Shown here: positions 53,200 through 64,000 of the stretch, piece after piece
Position numbering within the stretch: the stretch's first letter is position 1
Layout of the letters: each line of letters opens with the position of its first letter
Origin: Trichosphaerium sp. ATCC 40318
Taxonomy: Eukaryota > Protista > Tubulinea
DNA: 64,000 bases
Reading direction: 5' to 3'
Assembly (NCBI GenBank): GCA_038496445.1
Contig: JALMLS010000417.1
Coordinates: forward strand, 64,717-128,716
Notes under the pieces: model-generated
What the model was told of the DNA's origin: nothing
Database searches by the model: none
What the model saw: the letters and a program-made list of their open reading frames with translations, nothing else
Translations under genes and position numbers: made by a program

Positions 53200-53980
53200 T
53201 CCACAATGTAGCGACTACACGTGAGGCGTAACGCTTTTTTTTTTGTTGTTGTTTGGGTCAAACAAAAATCGTCGCGGACAGGAAAGGCGAAATAGCGGGT
53301 CAAAGGGAACGACAGGGGTAAAAAGAAGCCGTAGAGAACGAAATAAGAGTAAATAAAGCGATTTTAACTCAAAAAAAGTTTTGTGACAAAATATCCAGAA
53401 AAAAAAAAACACGTACGGCGCTACAAACTGAGAAAGAGCGGTGTCAAGGGTTTAAAAAACCAACCGCGAGTAGGTTACGACCAAAAAAAAGGCGGCACAA
53501 AGCGCGCGGGCGGTAGAGCGCTATAAACAAACCTCGAAAAGTTTTTTTTCTCACTCGTGGATATTTGTACTGAGCTTCGAAGCGAGTAATAACGTTATTA
53601 AACCAAGCCAGCACTACGAAAACTCGATATTTTCGGGAAAGGAGCTCAGTCCTACAACCGTGTAGCCTAAGGGAGGCGTAAATGGAGAAAAGACTATGAG
53701 GCACAAACCGAAATCAAATTCCCCAAAAACGCCGGGCGATTCACCTGCGCGGAAGGAAGAGGAAAATTTTTGAGCGGAACGCGCCTGCAGAAATCTCATC
53801 TCTTTCCCCTTGGCACAATCGAGAAAAAACAAAAAAAGAACCGGTCGAATCGCAATAAGCGCATTTGAAGAAAATGCAGCAAAAAAACGCGACGTCGCGC
53901 AAGCCCTTTTGTTTTTTACCCGATGAACGAGCCCACAGGGAGTGCACGATGATGTGGGACCGCCCATCGTGCAGCACATT
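53200..53980. promoter_or_regulatory. compositionally distinct spacer with A-tracts alternating with GC/CpG blocks; candidate rDNA intergenic spacer and Pol I promoter region
   Basis: Abrupt composition change after HIBADH, no credible ORF, lies upstream of the hairpin-rich spacer. Confidence 0.4.
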
Positions 53981-54523
53981 TACGGTGACTGGCCATCACG
54001 CCTGAGAAACACTCCAAAATACAGGAGCGCGATCGGGTGCGATGGTAAGCGCGAGGACCTATGATGCTGTCGTCTTCTGCCACATAAGCCCCTATGAAAA
54101 CATGCCGTTAAAAAAGCATAACATAGGTAGTGGCAATTGACTACTGGATCGGCAAACATAGTGAAGAGGGTAGCCTGTATTCATCTGCCGCAAGACAAAA
54201 CACTTTAGAACAAACGGTTCTACTTGAGTTTTTGAGCGTTTTTGAGCATATGGCTGTAAGTCCTGTTTGCTGTGCAAACGCAATAAATCCTCTCTTCCGA
54301 TTGGAAGATGGTGATATATCAGTGTTTTAGTTGCACTTACGCACACACACATTCAAAAAACCCCACTAAGTAAATGGCTACTCTAGCCCTTCTTATGTGA
54401 TAGAAAAGGACGAGTTGTGACTCGCCTCTTAGTATATCCATCGATGACGATGCCAGGTGGGTAATGTGTTGTGCGCATGCAGCTTCAACATTGTATCCCA
54501 CTCTTGCAGTAGCAGAAAGGGTT

Positions 54524-55252
54524 CTCTTCTAACATTATAACGCACGTTTAAAGTACGGAGCGTAGAAATGTTAATCGAGTGCATTGGATACTCTCAATGA
54601 CACAGCAACATCACACTAAATGTAGCGATGTCGTTGGTGACTACAAAGTGCTCTTTTTCCACATGCAATGTGTTAATCGAGTTACTTTGTATCATTAGAA
54701 TACCACACCTTGTTCACACAATCATTGTCCTTAGTGGACCAATGTGTTGTTTAACAAGACTAGACATAGTACTCCTCCTTCATCTTATCTCTGTCATTGA
54801 ATGACAGATTGATAAAGAGATGTCGATCGAGTTACTGTCATTAAGACATGTTGAATTGAGTTTGTAGCCCCCTGAGTGGGAAAACAAGTCGGTACAAATA
54901 TGAGTTGAAGCCCTCAGTGGGCAACAACTACTTGTGTTCCAAAACACACACATGTGCTTCTTCTAGCATTAGAACACTCATCTTGAAGTGTAGAAATGCT
55001 AATCGAGCCATGTAAACAAACTTTAGCTATCTCCTCTAGCATTAGAACACTTTACTACAAAGTGTAGAAATGCTAATCGAGTGGCAAGATTTGGTAAATA
55101 TGCATTTCCTCCTAGTATGTGCAAGTCATATCACTAGGAGTACAAATGCAAGTTGAAGCCCTTAGTGGGCAACAACTGGCAATGTATGAACGCACGTGTT
55201 CTCTTCTAGCATTATAACACTTCTCAAGGAATGTGTAGAAATGCTAATCGAG
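54524..55252 (+). repeat. two families of dispersed hairpin repeats in the presumed 5' ETS
   Basis: CTC-YTC-TARCATT-AKA-ACRC-loop-GYGT-AGA-AATGYTA-ATC-GAG at 54524, ~54957, 55031 and 55201; AGTTG-AA-GCCC-TYAGT-GGGC-AA-CAACT at 54903 and 55151. Confidence 0.9.
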
Positions 55253-55956
55253 TCCAGAGTCATACAACAAATACAACTCTGAGTATGTGATGAAAGGAAT
55301 CAAAGTGTTCCAATTAATCCATAGAAGTTGTATAACCACATCCAAAACACCCAATGGAAAGAAAAGTATCAAGTACTTGGGTAATAATAAATGTGGGCCT
55401 GAAGCAGTAATGCGAAAAAGGCAAATTGACGGAAAGGCACACAAGCCAAGTACATCAATAAAGTGTAGCTAATTGCTACAACTTGAGAGCTCAACAAGGA
55501 AAGGCACTGTCCAAGTACTTGAATAGCAAAGAAAAACAGAAATTAAAAGAGTGTATGAAAAATGATGCAGTTGCAAGCTATTACCGACGATGCCTCAAGG
55601 GCTACTCAGTAAAAATAGGCATGACTCATCAAGAAAAGTAGTCCATAAAAAGACACAACCCTATGCTGTTGTGGCAATGTGCTCTATGAGCATCTCTTGC
55701 CATAAAAACCATAACCAAGACATACTAGCTTCTTCTCCAACAAGAAAGGCTAGTACTGTCCGGCACCAGGTATTTGTGATGTTCATCAAAAAAACCTTCA
55801 TCTTACATCCTCCTTGAAAGAGAATAGGATTGTAGATTGAATGGTTTCTTACGAAGTTCATTCTTCAAAAAACCACCTAAAAACCTCAACCACCTTTGGT
55901 CTGATGAGAAATTATTTTAAATGCAGCTATCTGCTTTAAAACTCTGATGCAAAAGG

Positions 55957-58616
55957 TACCTGGTTGAGCCTGCCAGGAGTGATAAGCTTTCTCGAAGGAT
56001 TAAGCCATGCAAGCTCAGCAAAGAGGTATCCTCGGAGCCGCAAACGGCTCCTTAAAACGGTCGTAACCCACCCGACAAGACTAATAATGGTCACGTCATT
56101 TTGCACACAGGAACTTGTTTTCCTAAACGCACTATAACCAAAACTCGTGGCCTCCCCCGCGGATAACCGGGATTAAAGGAAACCTGCGGCTAATACGTAA
56201 TGCGCCTAGCGCTGCCGATGGGCCCCTCTGCTGCAAGGACCCATCGGTCGCATCCAACGCTCAGGAGCGGACGATCACCCGATCCCATCTTGGTTCGCCA
56301 AGGGAAGCAGCCTCCCCTTAGGAAGCGGCGTCCGTACTCCGTCGGGAAGAGCGGCGTTGGGGCATGCGATGGAGTTATGAGGAGTTCTCTCTGACTAGAC
56401 ATGTTTCTAAAAAAAAATTGTTAAAGTTTACATAAGTGAAACTAGGTGAAAGAAAAATGAACATTGTTCAAATCTCGATCCTTCGCTGAATGTGCTTTTT
56501 CATAAAAAAGATCATATCGATATAAAGTTGAGAGTTCTCCCCCTCCACGAGTCGGAAGGGCGGCCGACCTATCAGCCAGGCGGTAGGGTAACGGCCTACC
56601 GCGGCAGTGACGGGTAACGGGGAACTAGGGTTCGGTTCCCGGAGAAGGGGCATTAGATACGGCCCCTGTACTTACGGGTAACAGCAGGCGCGTAACTTGG
56701 CCATTGATTGCAAATCGAGCCAGCGACTGAGTGTAACGAGGCCGGCATTTAAACCGGTCGTCGCAATGAGGGGCAACTGAATGTCGCCCTGAGAAACTAT
56801 TGGAGGACAAGTTGGGTGCCAGCACCCGCGGTAACACCCACTCCGAAAGCTTATACTTTTGCTGTTGCTGTTAAAGCGCTCGCAGTCCAAACAACGACAC
56901 AGCTGAGAGGGACAAGGTTTAGATATAAGAATTTATTCTTTTGAACAAACCCCCCGACTCTTTTTCATCGCCCGACCAGGCATAAATGGCTTCGCTCAAA
57001 CGCAAGGTCAGTTTAGGCTTCGGCCGCTATGCCACCCACCAGCATCCTGGAATTGGGCTTTAAAAAAACAAAAAACAACACTTTACCAAGTGCGACGCTC
57101 AAGTCTCATTTTTTACTAAGTATGAACAATATCCTGATATGCAAGTCTGAGTGAAAACTCATGTTCTTCATTAAGGGAATAAAAACATTGTGAACTACAA
57201 AAAGTATTTTTGAGATCAAACTTGAGTTAGTCTTCACACTAATAAAGAACACACGATTACTAGGTGCGTACGGGGTAGAGAGTGTGGTATCAGCGAGGAG
57301 TGAAATCTTTTGACCTGATCCAAACTACCCGAAGCGAAGGCGCTCTGCAAGGGCGTGGCCGGTGATCTAGAACGATGGTGGAGGGAGCGAAGCGGATTAG
57401 AGACCCGTGTAGTCTCCACAGTAAACGATGCCGACTGAATGGGCGCCGGGCAAACCAAGGCTCGGGGCCCGTTCCCACGGGAAACCGAAGTAATCGGGCC
57501 CAGGGGGGAAGTATGGTCGCAAGGCTGAAACTTAAAGGCATTGACGGAGCAACACCACCAGGCTCTGGAGGCTGCGGCTCAATTTGACTCAACGCGCGAC
57601 AACTTACCGGGATCGGACGCTCTAAGGGGACGAACAGACTGAAGGGTCTTTTCCGAGTTAGCTAACGGTGGTGCATGGTCGTTTTAGGCTCGTGGACTTA
57701 TCTGTCAGGTTTATTCCGATAACGGGCGAGATCGCTACTGTCACATTGATTCCCCCGCTTCGTGCGGGACCCCTGTGCAGGACTGACGGCGAAAAGTCGT
57801 AAGAAGCGGCGGCTATAACAGATCCGGGATGCCCCCAGATATTCCGGGCCGCACGCGGCCTACACTGCTTAGTTCAACGGGTTCCTGGGCCGAACAGGCA
57901 TCCGGGCAAGCCCTGAAACCGCCAGAACACTTCTTCACGACAGCGAGTTAAACCTCAGATTTAATTATCTAAATACGACTACACTTAAACGCACCTTCGG
58001 AAACTACCACCTTCAAAAACAAAGTCTGTCCTGAACCTAATATAAAGAGTTAACCCCCTCGTCGAGGCTTTTTAGGAAGTTAAATTCCTTTAATGTTAAG
58101 ACGAGAAGCGCTGTTAGATGAAATTTATATCTTTGGACTCGTTTCCTTAGTGTAAACATTGAAAGAGCTGTGGATCGTTTCAAATTAACAAATAAGGTTT
58201 CTTCTTCACTTAAATGCTTTGACCTGGAAGATTATATCTTTACCAAGGCAAACTTTATTATGAAGCAAGTTTCTGCAATGTTCATAAAAAAATACATGAA
58301 AGCGCACCGTGTGGTCGATTTGGATGTTAAGTGTGCTCAATGCTGCTTCTCCGAAAAGACACATGCGTGCTTAGGGACTGGTTGCTGTAACTGTAGCCAC
58401 GAACGCGGAATGCCTCGTACAGGTGTGTCATCAACGCACCTGGAATCTGTCCCTGTTGCTTGTACACACCGCCCGTCGCATCGACCGATGTGGGTGCGAG
58501 TGAGACCAGGGGGGACGACCGGCTTGCCGGTTATCGAACCTGCTCGAACTTGCGCTCATAAAGGATGATGAAGTCGTAACAAGGTTTCAGTAGGTGAACC
58601 TGCTGAAGGATCAATA
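55957..58616 (+). rRNA. 18S (SSU) rRNA gene, highly divergent, ~2.66 kb including AT-rich insertions
   Basis: TACCTGGTTGAGCCTGCCAG start, GTGCCAGCACCCGCGGTAA, AAACTTAAAGGCATTGACGG, GTACACACCGCCCGTC, AAGTCGTAACAAGG...GAACCTGCTGAAGGATCA end. Confidence 0.97.
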
Positions 58617-58854
58617 CTATTGGTATTAAACCCTTAGAAGCAATTAAACCAACTTTTAACCAAGTTTGAAAGAAAAAATTGGAGTATCAGCTCTGGTTTG
58701 GTAAATCTAATCTTACCTCGGTAAGTGAAGGTGTAATCATCCTCTGCTGTGGTGATATCTTGTATATCTGCCAGCTCCATAACCGCCATTTTGGCAAACA
58801 AAAAACACAGTCGTGGCACGACTATAAAGAACGTCAAGATTTTCGAAAGAAACC
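58617..58854 (+). other. ITS1
   Basis: AT-rich spacer between the 18S end and the 5.8S-like sequence. Confidence 0.8.
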
Positions 58855-59020
58855 AAACCTTGTCGGTGAACGGTTAGGCACCTCCCCCGAAGAAGGCCAT
58901 GGATCACTATGAAACCAGCCACCGGAATCGCTCTCATCTGAAGGTGGCATTGCCGAATGCCTCAGGCCGCGTTCTGTATTCTCACGAATCACAGGCAAAG
59001 GAGCGTGACTCAGCGACGCC
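58855..59020 (+). rRNA. 5.8S rRNA (divergent)
   Basis: CGAAGAAGGC resembles the conserved CGATGAAGAAC; 3' end GTGACTCAG-C-GACGC pairs with 28S 5' GCGTC-CTGAGTTAC. Confidence 0.85.
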
Positions 59021-59224
59021 AGCAAAACAAACACTAAATTTATTTGGTGCTGCGTATGGTGTACACACTTAATCTTCTAAAAAAAGAAAGTGGTTGCCAC
59101 AACTAATTAATAAATTGCCGGAAGTGATGTTCCTCCAGAACTCATGCCTAGCTTACTTAAGCGAAGCTTTAGAGCGAAGGTTGGTTTACATACTGAACTG
59201 AAAGCATTAAAAAAAACACAACTT
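59021..59224 (+). other. ITS2
   Basis: AT-rich spacer closed by the 5.8S-28S stem. Confidence 0.8.
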
Positions 59225-61836
59225 GCGTCCTGAGTTACACTTGGCGACCTGCCTAAGTTAAGCATATCATTGGGGCAGAGGAAAGGAAACCAAAAGGGAC
59301 TCCCTGAGTAGCGGCGAGCGAAAGGGGACAAGCTCAAGCCTGAATCCGAGCCTAGCATCGGAGTTGTGGGCTAAGGCGTGGTGGCTCTTCCAGACGTTGA
59401 CGGGAATTACGCACGAGTCGTAGCCGTAGAGGGTGCGAGCCCCGTACGCTGTCAACCGAGGAAATAGAGTCCCATCGTCCAGGAGTAGTATGGTTTGGCC
59501 GTGCCATACGAAGTTACCGGGAGGTTACCCGGCAAGGCTAAGTATCGGGAGGTGGCCGATAGCGCACCAGTACCGTGAGGGAAGACTGAAACAGCACTCC
59601 TCGATAGAGGGTTAAAAGACCCGAAGCCGGCAAGGGTACAAATGGCACGGAGTACGTAGGTGCCCTGCACCTAATCTGCACATGGCAGACGCTCTTGTAG
59701 CGAGGGAAAAGCGACCGGGGCCTTGTGCCCTGGAAGATTATAATGAAACAAAACGTCGAGGGAAGGTAACATAGAAGTGACCAACACAAAAAAGTCATAC
59801 TGGCTAATTGTGCTGTCCACACCATCCTACAAGCTGAAAAGCATAAAAACGTGGGTTTGGTTGAAAGGACATCAAAAAGCACTTTTAAACCTTTAAATGA
59901 TGTTGGTTCACTGAAATTACTGAAACCTCCGAATGTACGTCTTCTTCCGAAAGGAACGAAGTTCGTCATTCATCGTCCACAACCTCAATGAGGCTCTATG
60001 CCCTTATTGGGCCATGGCCTCCGTGTATCCCGTCTTGAAACACGGATCAAGGAGTTCGCCGAGCGTGCGAGGGTGAGAGATCAAACCTCCAACCCGCACA
60101 GAAATGAAGCCAAGGATAAGCTCCTAGGCCGTCAAGTTCTTTATAAAAAAACAAACGTATTACATTACATGTATAAGTTTGCAAAGATCGACATAAAAAA
60201 CCGACTATGCTATTATCATGTTTTTATGTTACGCAAGTAATTAAAAACACGTCATACCAAAGTAGATACACTTTGCCATCTCCGGCGTTGTTCTCTTGGC
60301 AGGCGATAGTACGTTGGGCGATACCCGAAAGGTAGCGATCTATACCCGAAAAGGGGGAAGGCGGGAGAAATCCCGCTGGACGCCCGTAGCGTTGCTGACG
60401 TGCAAATCGCTCGCCGGACATTGGGTATAGGGGCGAGAGACCAAACGAGCTGCCAACGTAGCTGGTACCGTTCGAAGTATCCCTAAGGATAGAGGGGGTC
60501 CGTGACGCCGGTCTCGTCTCGTAGAGCCACTGGAAAGAGGTATCGGAGGCCAAAGTTGCCATCGACCTATTATCAAACACATAAGAGGCGACCGATCACA
60601 GGCCGAATGGCTGTGATCACCGAGACGGTGGACCCCTATTGGGCCGGTCTTGATAAGCAGGACTGACGAGACGGTTTTAAACGCGAGCAGCAGCAAAGGC
60701 GCCCGAATAGGCAGTAACCAAGACAACGAAGGCGGTGTTCCAGTTTAGACAGCTGGAAGGTGGACATGGAAGTCGTCATCCTCTAAGGAGTGAGTAACTT
60801 CTCACCAGCCGAATTGGGACGCGCCGAAAATGGATGGCGCTAAACTGCCTTAGCCGCCGCTGCGCGATCGCCCCGGCTCGGCCCAGGGTGCGGTAGGACG
60901 GCGTGCTGGTGGCGTAGAAGGGGGCGGTGGCGTCCACCCGGAGCCACCAGCAGTGATGATCTTGGTGGTAGTAGCAATTGGAGCCTGGTGAAACAGTGTT
61001 TATCACAGCCAGGTCGCCCAAGTGGGGAAGGGTTTCGCGGTGATGGCATTCAGCTGCGAGTTAGCCGGTCCTAAGCCAGCTCCTAATAGAGTATACTGTT
61101 TGATGCTGGCAGACGACACCTTGTTCAGATGAACTTTACGGTTCTGAAGACTGGTGGAAGTCTGCGATGCTTTCAACTCGGCGAAAGGCAACCTGGTGAG
61201 TAATCCAGGGCATGGGTAAGGAGGATGCATTTGCTTTAGAAGTGGCAACACTGAGAGAGAGAGCGCACGCGAGCAACCACACTTCTGCGGGGCCTTCTCC
61301 CGCGCCTAAGCTATTCGAGGGAAACTCCCCGGAGCCACGTAAAGCGGCGAAGGGAAAGAGTCGAGGGTAGCTAATGGGAAAGCACTTTTGCTTTCTAGGG
61401 GTGTTGGTGAGCTCGTTCTCACGAGGCTGCTCCTCTCCGAAGCCGACACTTTCGGTGTTCAGTGTCCTCCAGGCTCATACCGTACCGAAAACCGCATCAG
61501 GTCCCCTAGGTTAGTCACCTCTGGCGCTGCACGGTGTAAACGGCGTAAGGGAAGTCGGCATACGCGGCCCGTAACTTCGGGAAAAGGGCTGGCTCTGCTG
61601 ACCGGGACCCGGGACGACGTGTATCTGCGCTACTTCAGTGTAGCCCCTTCGGGAACGGCGCACAGTCCCTGCAAAGAGGTCCACAAGCGGATCATGGCGG
61701 AACTCTCAGAAGCTTAGAGAACCCAACTGTTTACTTAAAACTTAGCCCTTTGATACCTCCTCTGAGGTCTGACAAAGGGTGACTCCTGCCCAGTGCTTTG
61801 AAAGTTGCGGTGCTTAATTTCACCCAAGCACGGGTT

Positions 61837-61886
<50 letters not shown>

Positions 61887-62602
61887 GTAACTAATGACGC
61901 GCATGAATGGATGAATGAGGTTCTCGCTGTCCCTACGCCGACCGTGGCGAAACCACAGAGTCGCGAACGGGCGACTTTTCTACCAGCGGGGAAAGAAGAC
62001 CCTGTTGAGTTTGACTCTCACCACGCTTAGGGGCTTGGCACTGGAGGTATAGGGTAGGAAGTAGTTTTTTACGAAAGGTGTAACACTTCTACTCCGGAGG
62101 TCGGGCCCCAGACGCATTCAAAACGGGCGAAAGCGCCTGCCTCTTCGGAGGACGTGGCGCTGCTCGAACCATACAAGTCGGTCTTTAGGTTGAGGCGGGC
62201 CCAATCGAAAGTGCGGACTACCTTCCGATTCCGGACTTTGACAAGCATTAAGGCGGACAGCGCGTGGCCGGGAGTTTGGCTGGGGCGGCACATCCGCTAT
62301 AGGGTAACACGGATGACCTAAGGGGAGCTCAGTGGGGACAGAAACCCCACGTAGAGGCCAAGGCTAAAAGCCCCCTTGAGCAAGAGTGGAGCCATCGCTC
62401 TTGCACCCTAACGGGAGGCCTAGAGATCCCTCGTGACTAGTCATGTAACCTGACACTGGGGTGACAGAAAAATTACCATAGGGATAACTGGCTTGTGGTC
62501 GCCAAGCGCTCAGAGCGACGCGACTTTTTGATTCTTCGATGTCGGCTCTTCCTATCCAGGTGTAGCAGAATGCTCCAAGGGTTGGATTGTTCACCCACTT
62601 AC

Positions 62603-62646
<44 letters not shown>

Positions 62647-63050
62647 TTACCCTACTGGTGGGCCTATTTTATTAACATGCGCGTCGTCGGTAGCGATGCC
62701 TCAGTACGAGAGGAACGGGCATCGGTGGCCTCTAGTGTCCGCGGACGTCCGAGAGGGCGGTTCGCGAAGCCACGCCATTGGGAGTACGGCTGAAGGCCTC
62801 TAAAGTCGGAAACCCAGCCGCCAAGAGCCGCGCGGCGACATTGTCGTTGCTGCGCCTCCTCGAACGAAAGGCTTCGGCCCGCAAAGGTTCTACACTATGG
62901 CACAAGTAGCACGTCTTAGCAAACGCCCGCAGGGGCCCCGTAAACCACGGGAACTCGAACAGGGTCTTAGGGCATTTACTGTTGTAAGCTAGGGAGTCGC
63001 TCAAGCCTTCGGGTGCGACGACCTGCTGAGGCAGAGGCCCGACTAAATTG
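59225..63050 (+). rRNA. 28S (LSU) rRNA gene, divergent, with AT-rich insertions in the D2 and D3 regions
   Basis: TTAAGCATATCA, CCCGTCTTGAAACACGGA, GGGAGTAACTATGACTCTCTTAAGGTAGCCAAATG, GGGATAACTGGCTTG, sarcin-ricin loop AGTACGAGAGGAAC at 62703. Confidence 0.97.
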
Positions 63051-64000
63051 TATTCAGAAATCTTCATTTATTCGTTTTCATGCTCCTCCACACTGAGACG
63101 TGATTTTTGATCTACCCAACACAGACATCACATATTTTTATATCTTAATTTAAAAGCACTTTTCACAGTTTCTTTGGAATAGAGTTAAAAAAAAGATAGT
63201 TTATTACTACTTTCACAATTTAAGAGTTTTAAATTTTGTGTCCGTAAAAAAATTGACATTAACTCTCAACATATTGTTTTTTGATTTTTAAATGTTTTTT
63301 TGACTTTTAGTAAGACTTTTTGTTGGTGTCAAGCCACAATATTGTAGATAATGCTTGTATTAGTGTTTTTTTTGAGGTTTTTATTTATAGGTGTTGATGA
63401 TAAAAAGCACTAATATCTTTGTTTGAGATTTTGTATATAATTACAGTTTTTTTGATAAACACTTTTATGAGTTATAAAAGTAGAATTGTGTAAAAAAACC
63501 ATAATTTTTACTTTTCAAATGTGATGGCTGATCAAAAGCTTTTCAATCCAAAACAACTGGGTTATACCCTTCATAGGTAATGTATGCCTAGTGAAGTGAT
63601 TATTTGACAATTGTTTGATCTTTTACATAAACTCAACTACTACACAAGCTTCAAAATCTTGATTAATTATTTTACAACAAAACAATACAACTATTAATTT
63701 TCATATTGATAACAAAGCCTTTCATCCAAAAAAATGATTTCGCTATTTTAAATGTGCTCAGTGGTTTTTGTGTGAAGCTTGTGTTATTTTCATCAAGGAT
63801 AAAGAATGTTATGGTATAATTATTATCTTTGGCAAACAAAAAGTATTTTTTTTTTCTCCAATTTACTTTGAAGTAATTTAATTATGGCCTTAAATCTCTA
63901 TAATTGTATGCCTACCATGAAATCTCAATTCCACATATCAAACTGCATTAAAAACCATGTAGTGATAAAATTTAAAAAATGGAGTAACATCACATTTAGT
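63051..64000. other. very AT-rich 3' ETS / intergenic spacer
   Basis: Sharp drop in GC after 28S, T-runs, no ORFs in the track. Confidence 0.6.

Noticed and set aside
53984-54075. 5S rRNA-like start (GGCCATCACGCCTGAGAAACAC)
   Set aside because: Folds as a simple hairpin and lacks the loop C and loop E (AGUA/GAA) elements of 5S
54524-55252. CRISPR-like repeat-spacer array
   Set aside because: Irregular spacing, the variable parts are hairpin loops, eukaryotic context, no cas genes
55901-55950. CTGATGAG as a hammerhead ribozyme core
   Set aside because: No GAAA after stem II and no cleavage-site stem; a K-turn fits better
57924-58362. Group I or spliceosomal intron in 18S
   Set aside because: No recognisable P7/R/S elements or GT-AG ends by eye; an Infernal search would be needed to exclude this fully
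61855-61885. R2 retrotransposon target site in 28S
   Set aside because: The site TAAGGTAGCCAAATG is uninterrupted
56190-63067. Numerous ORFs on both strands across the rDNA, including 58170..58568, 58634..58837 and 59538..59969
   Set aside because: They overlap conserved rRNA or hairpin-forming spacers and show no recognisable protein or homing-endonuclease motifs

Overview
Gene-dense, AT-rich, intron-rich eukaryotic nuclear DNA. It is probably an amoebozoan protist, since actin begins [14 protein letters not shown]...[13 protein letters not shown]. The standard genetic code fits, and introns are short with mostly GTACG donors. Bases 1-53,200 hold about 22 protein genes: a steroid-reductase-like protein, a ~1000-aa protein ending in a TRAP-delta domain, a GIY-YIG-like ORF, three F-box genes, DPH2, Rab32/38, a TIMP-like protein, actin, CUE+DUF3626, a 7xRGS+RBD protein, CCA-adding enzyme, a ZZ-finger carboxylic-acid-reductase-like enzyme, a DUSP, PIG-U and HIBADH. 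There is also an intronic H/ACA snoRNA candidate and an organelle-like tRNA-Ile(GAU). Bases ~53,200-64,000 hold one complete, very divergent rDNA unit. Its GC-rich 18S and 28S cores are interrupted by sharply bounded AT-rich, ITS-like blocks, and its upstream spacer carries arrays of covarying hairpins. The best leads are the possibly fragmented rRNAs, the giant TRAP-delta fusion, the snoRNA whose target lies in this window, and the spacer hairpin families. Exon structures were assembled by eye, no database searches were run, and rRNA boundaries are approximate.
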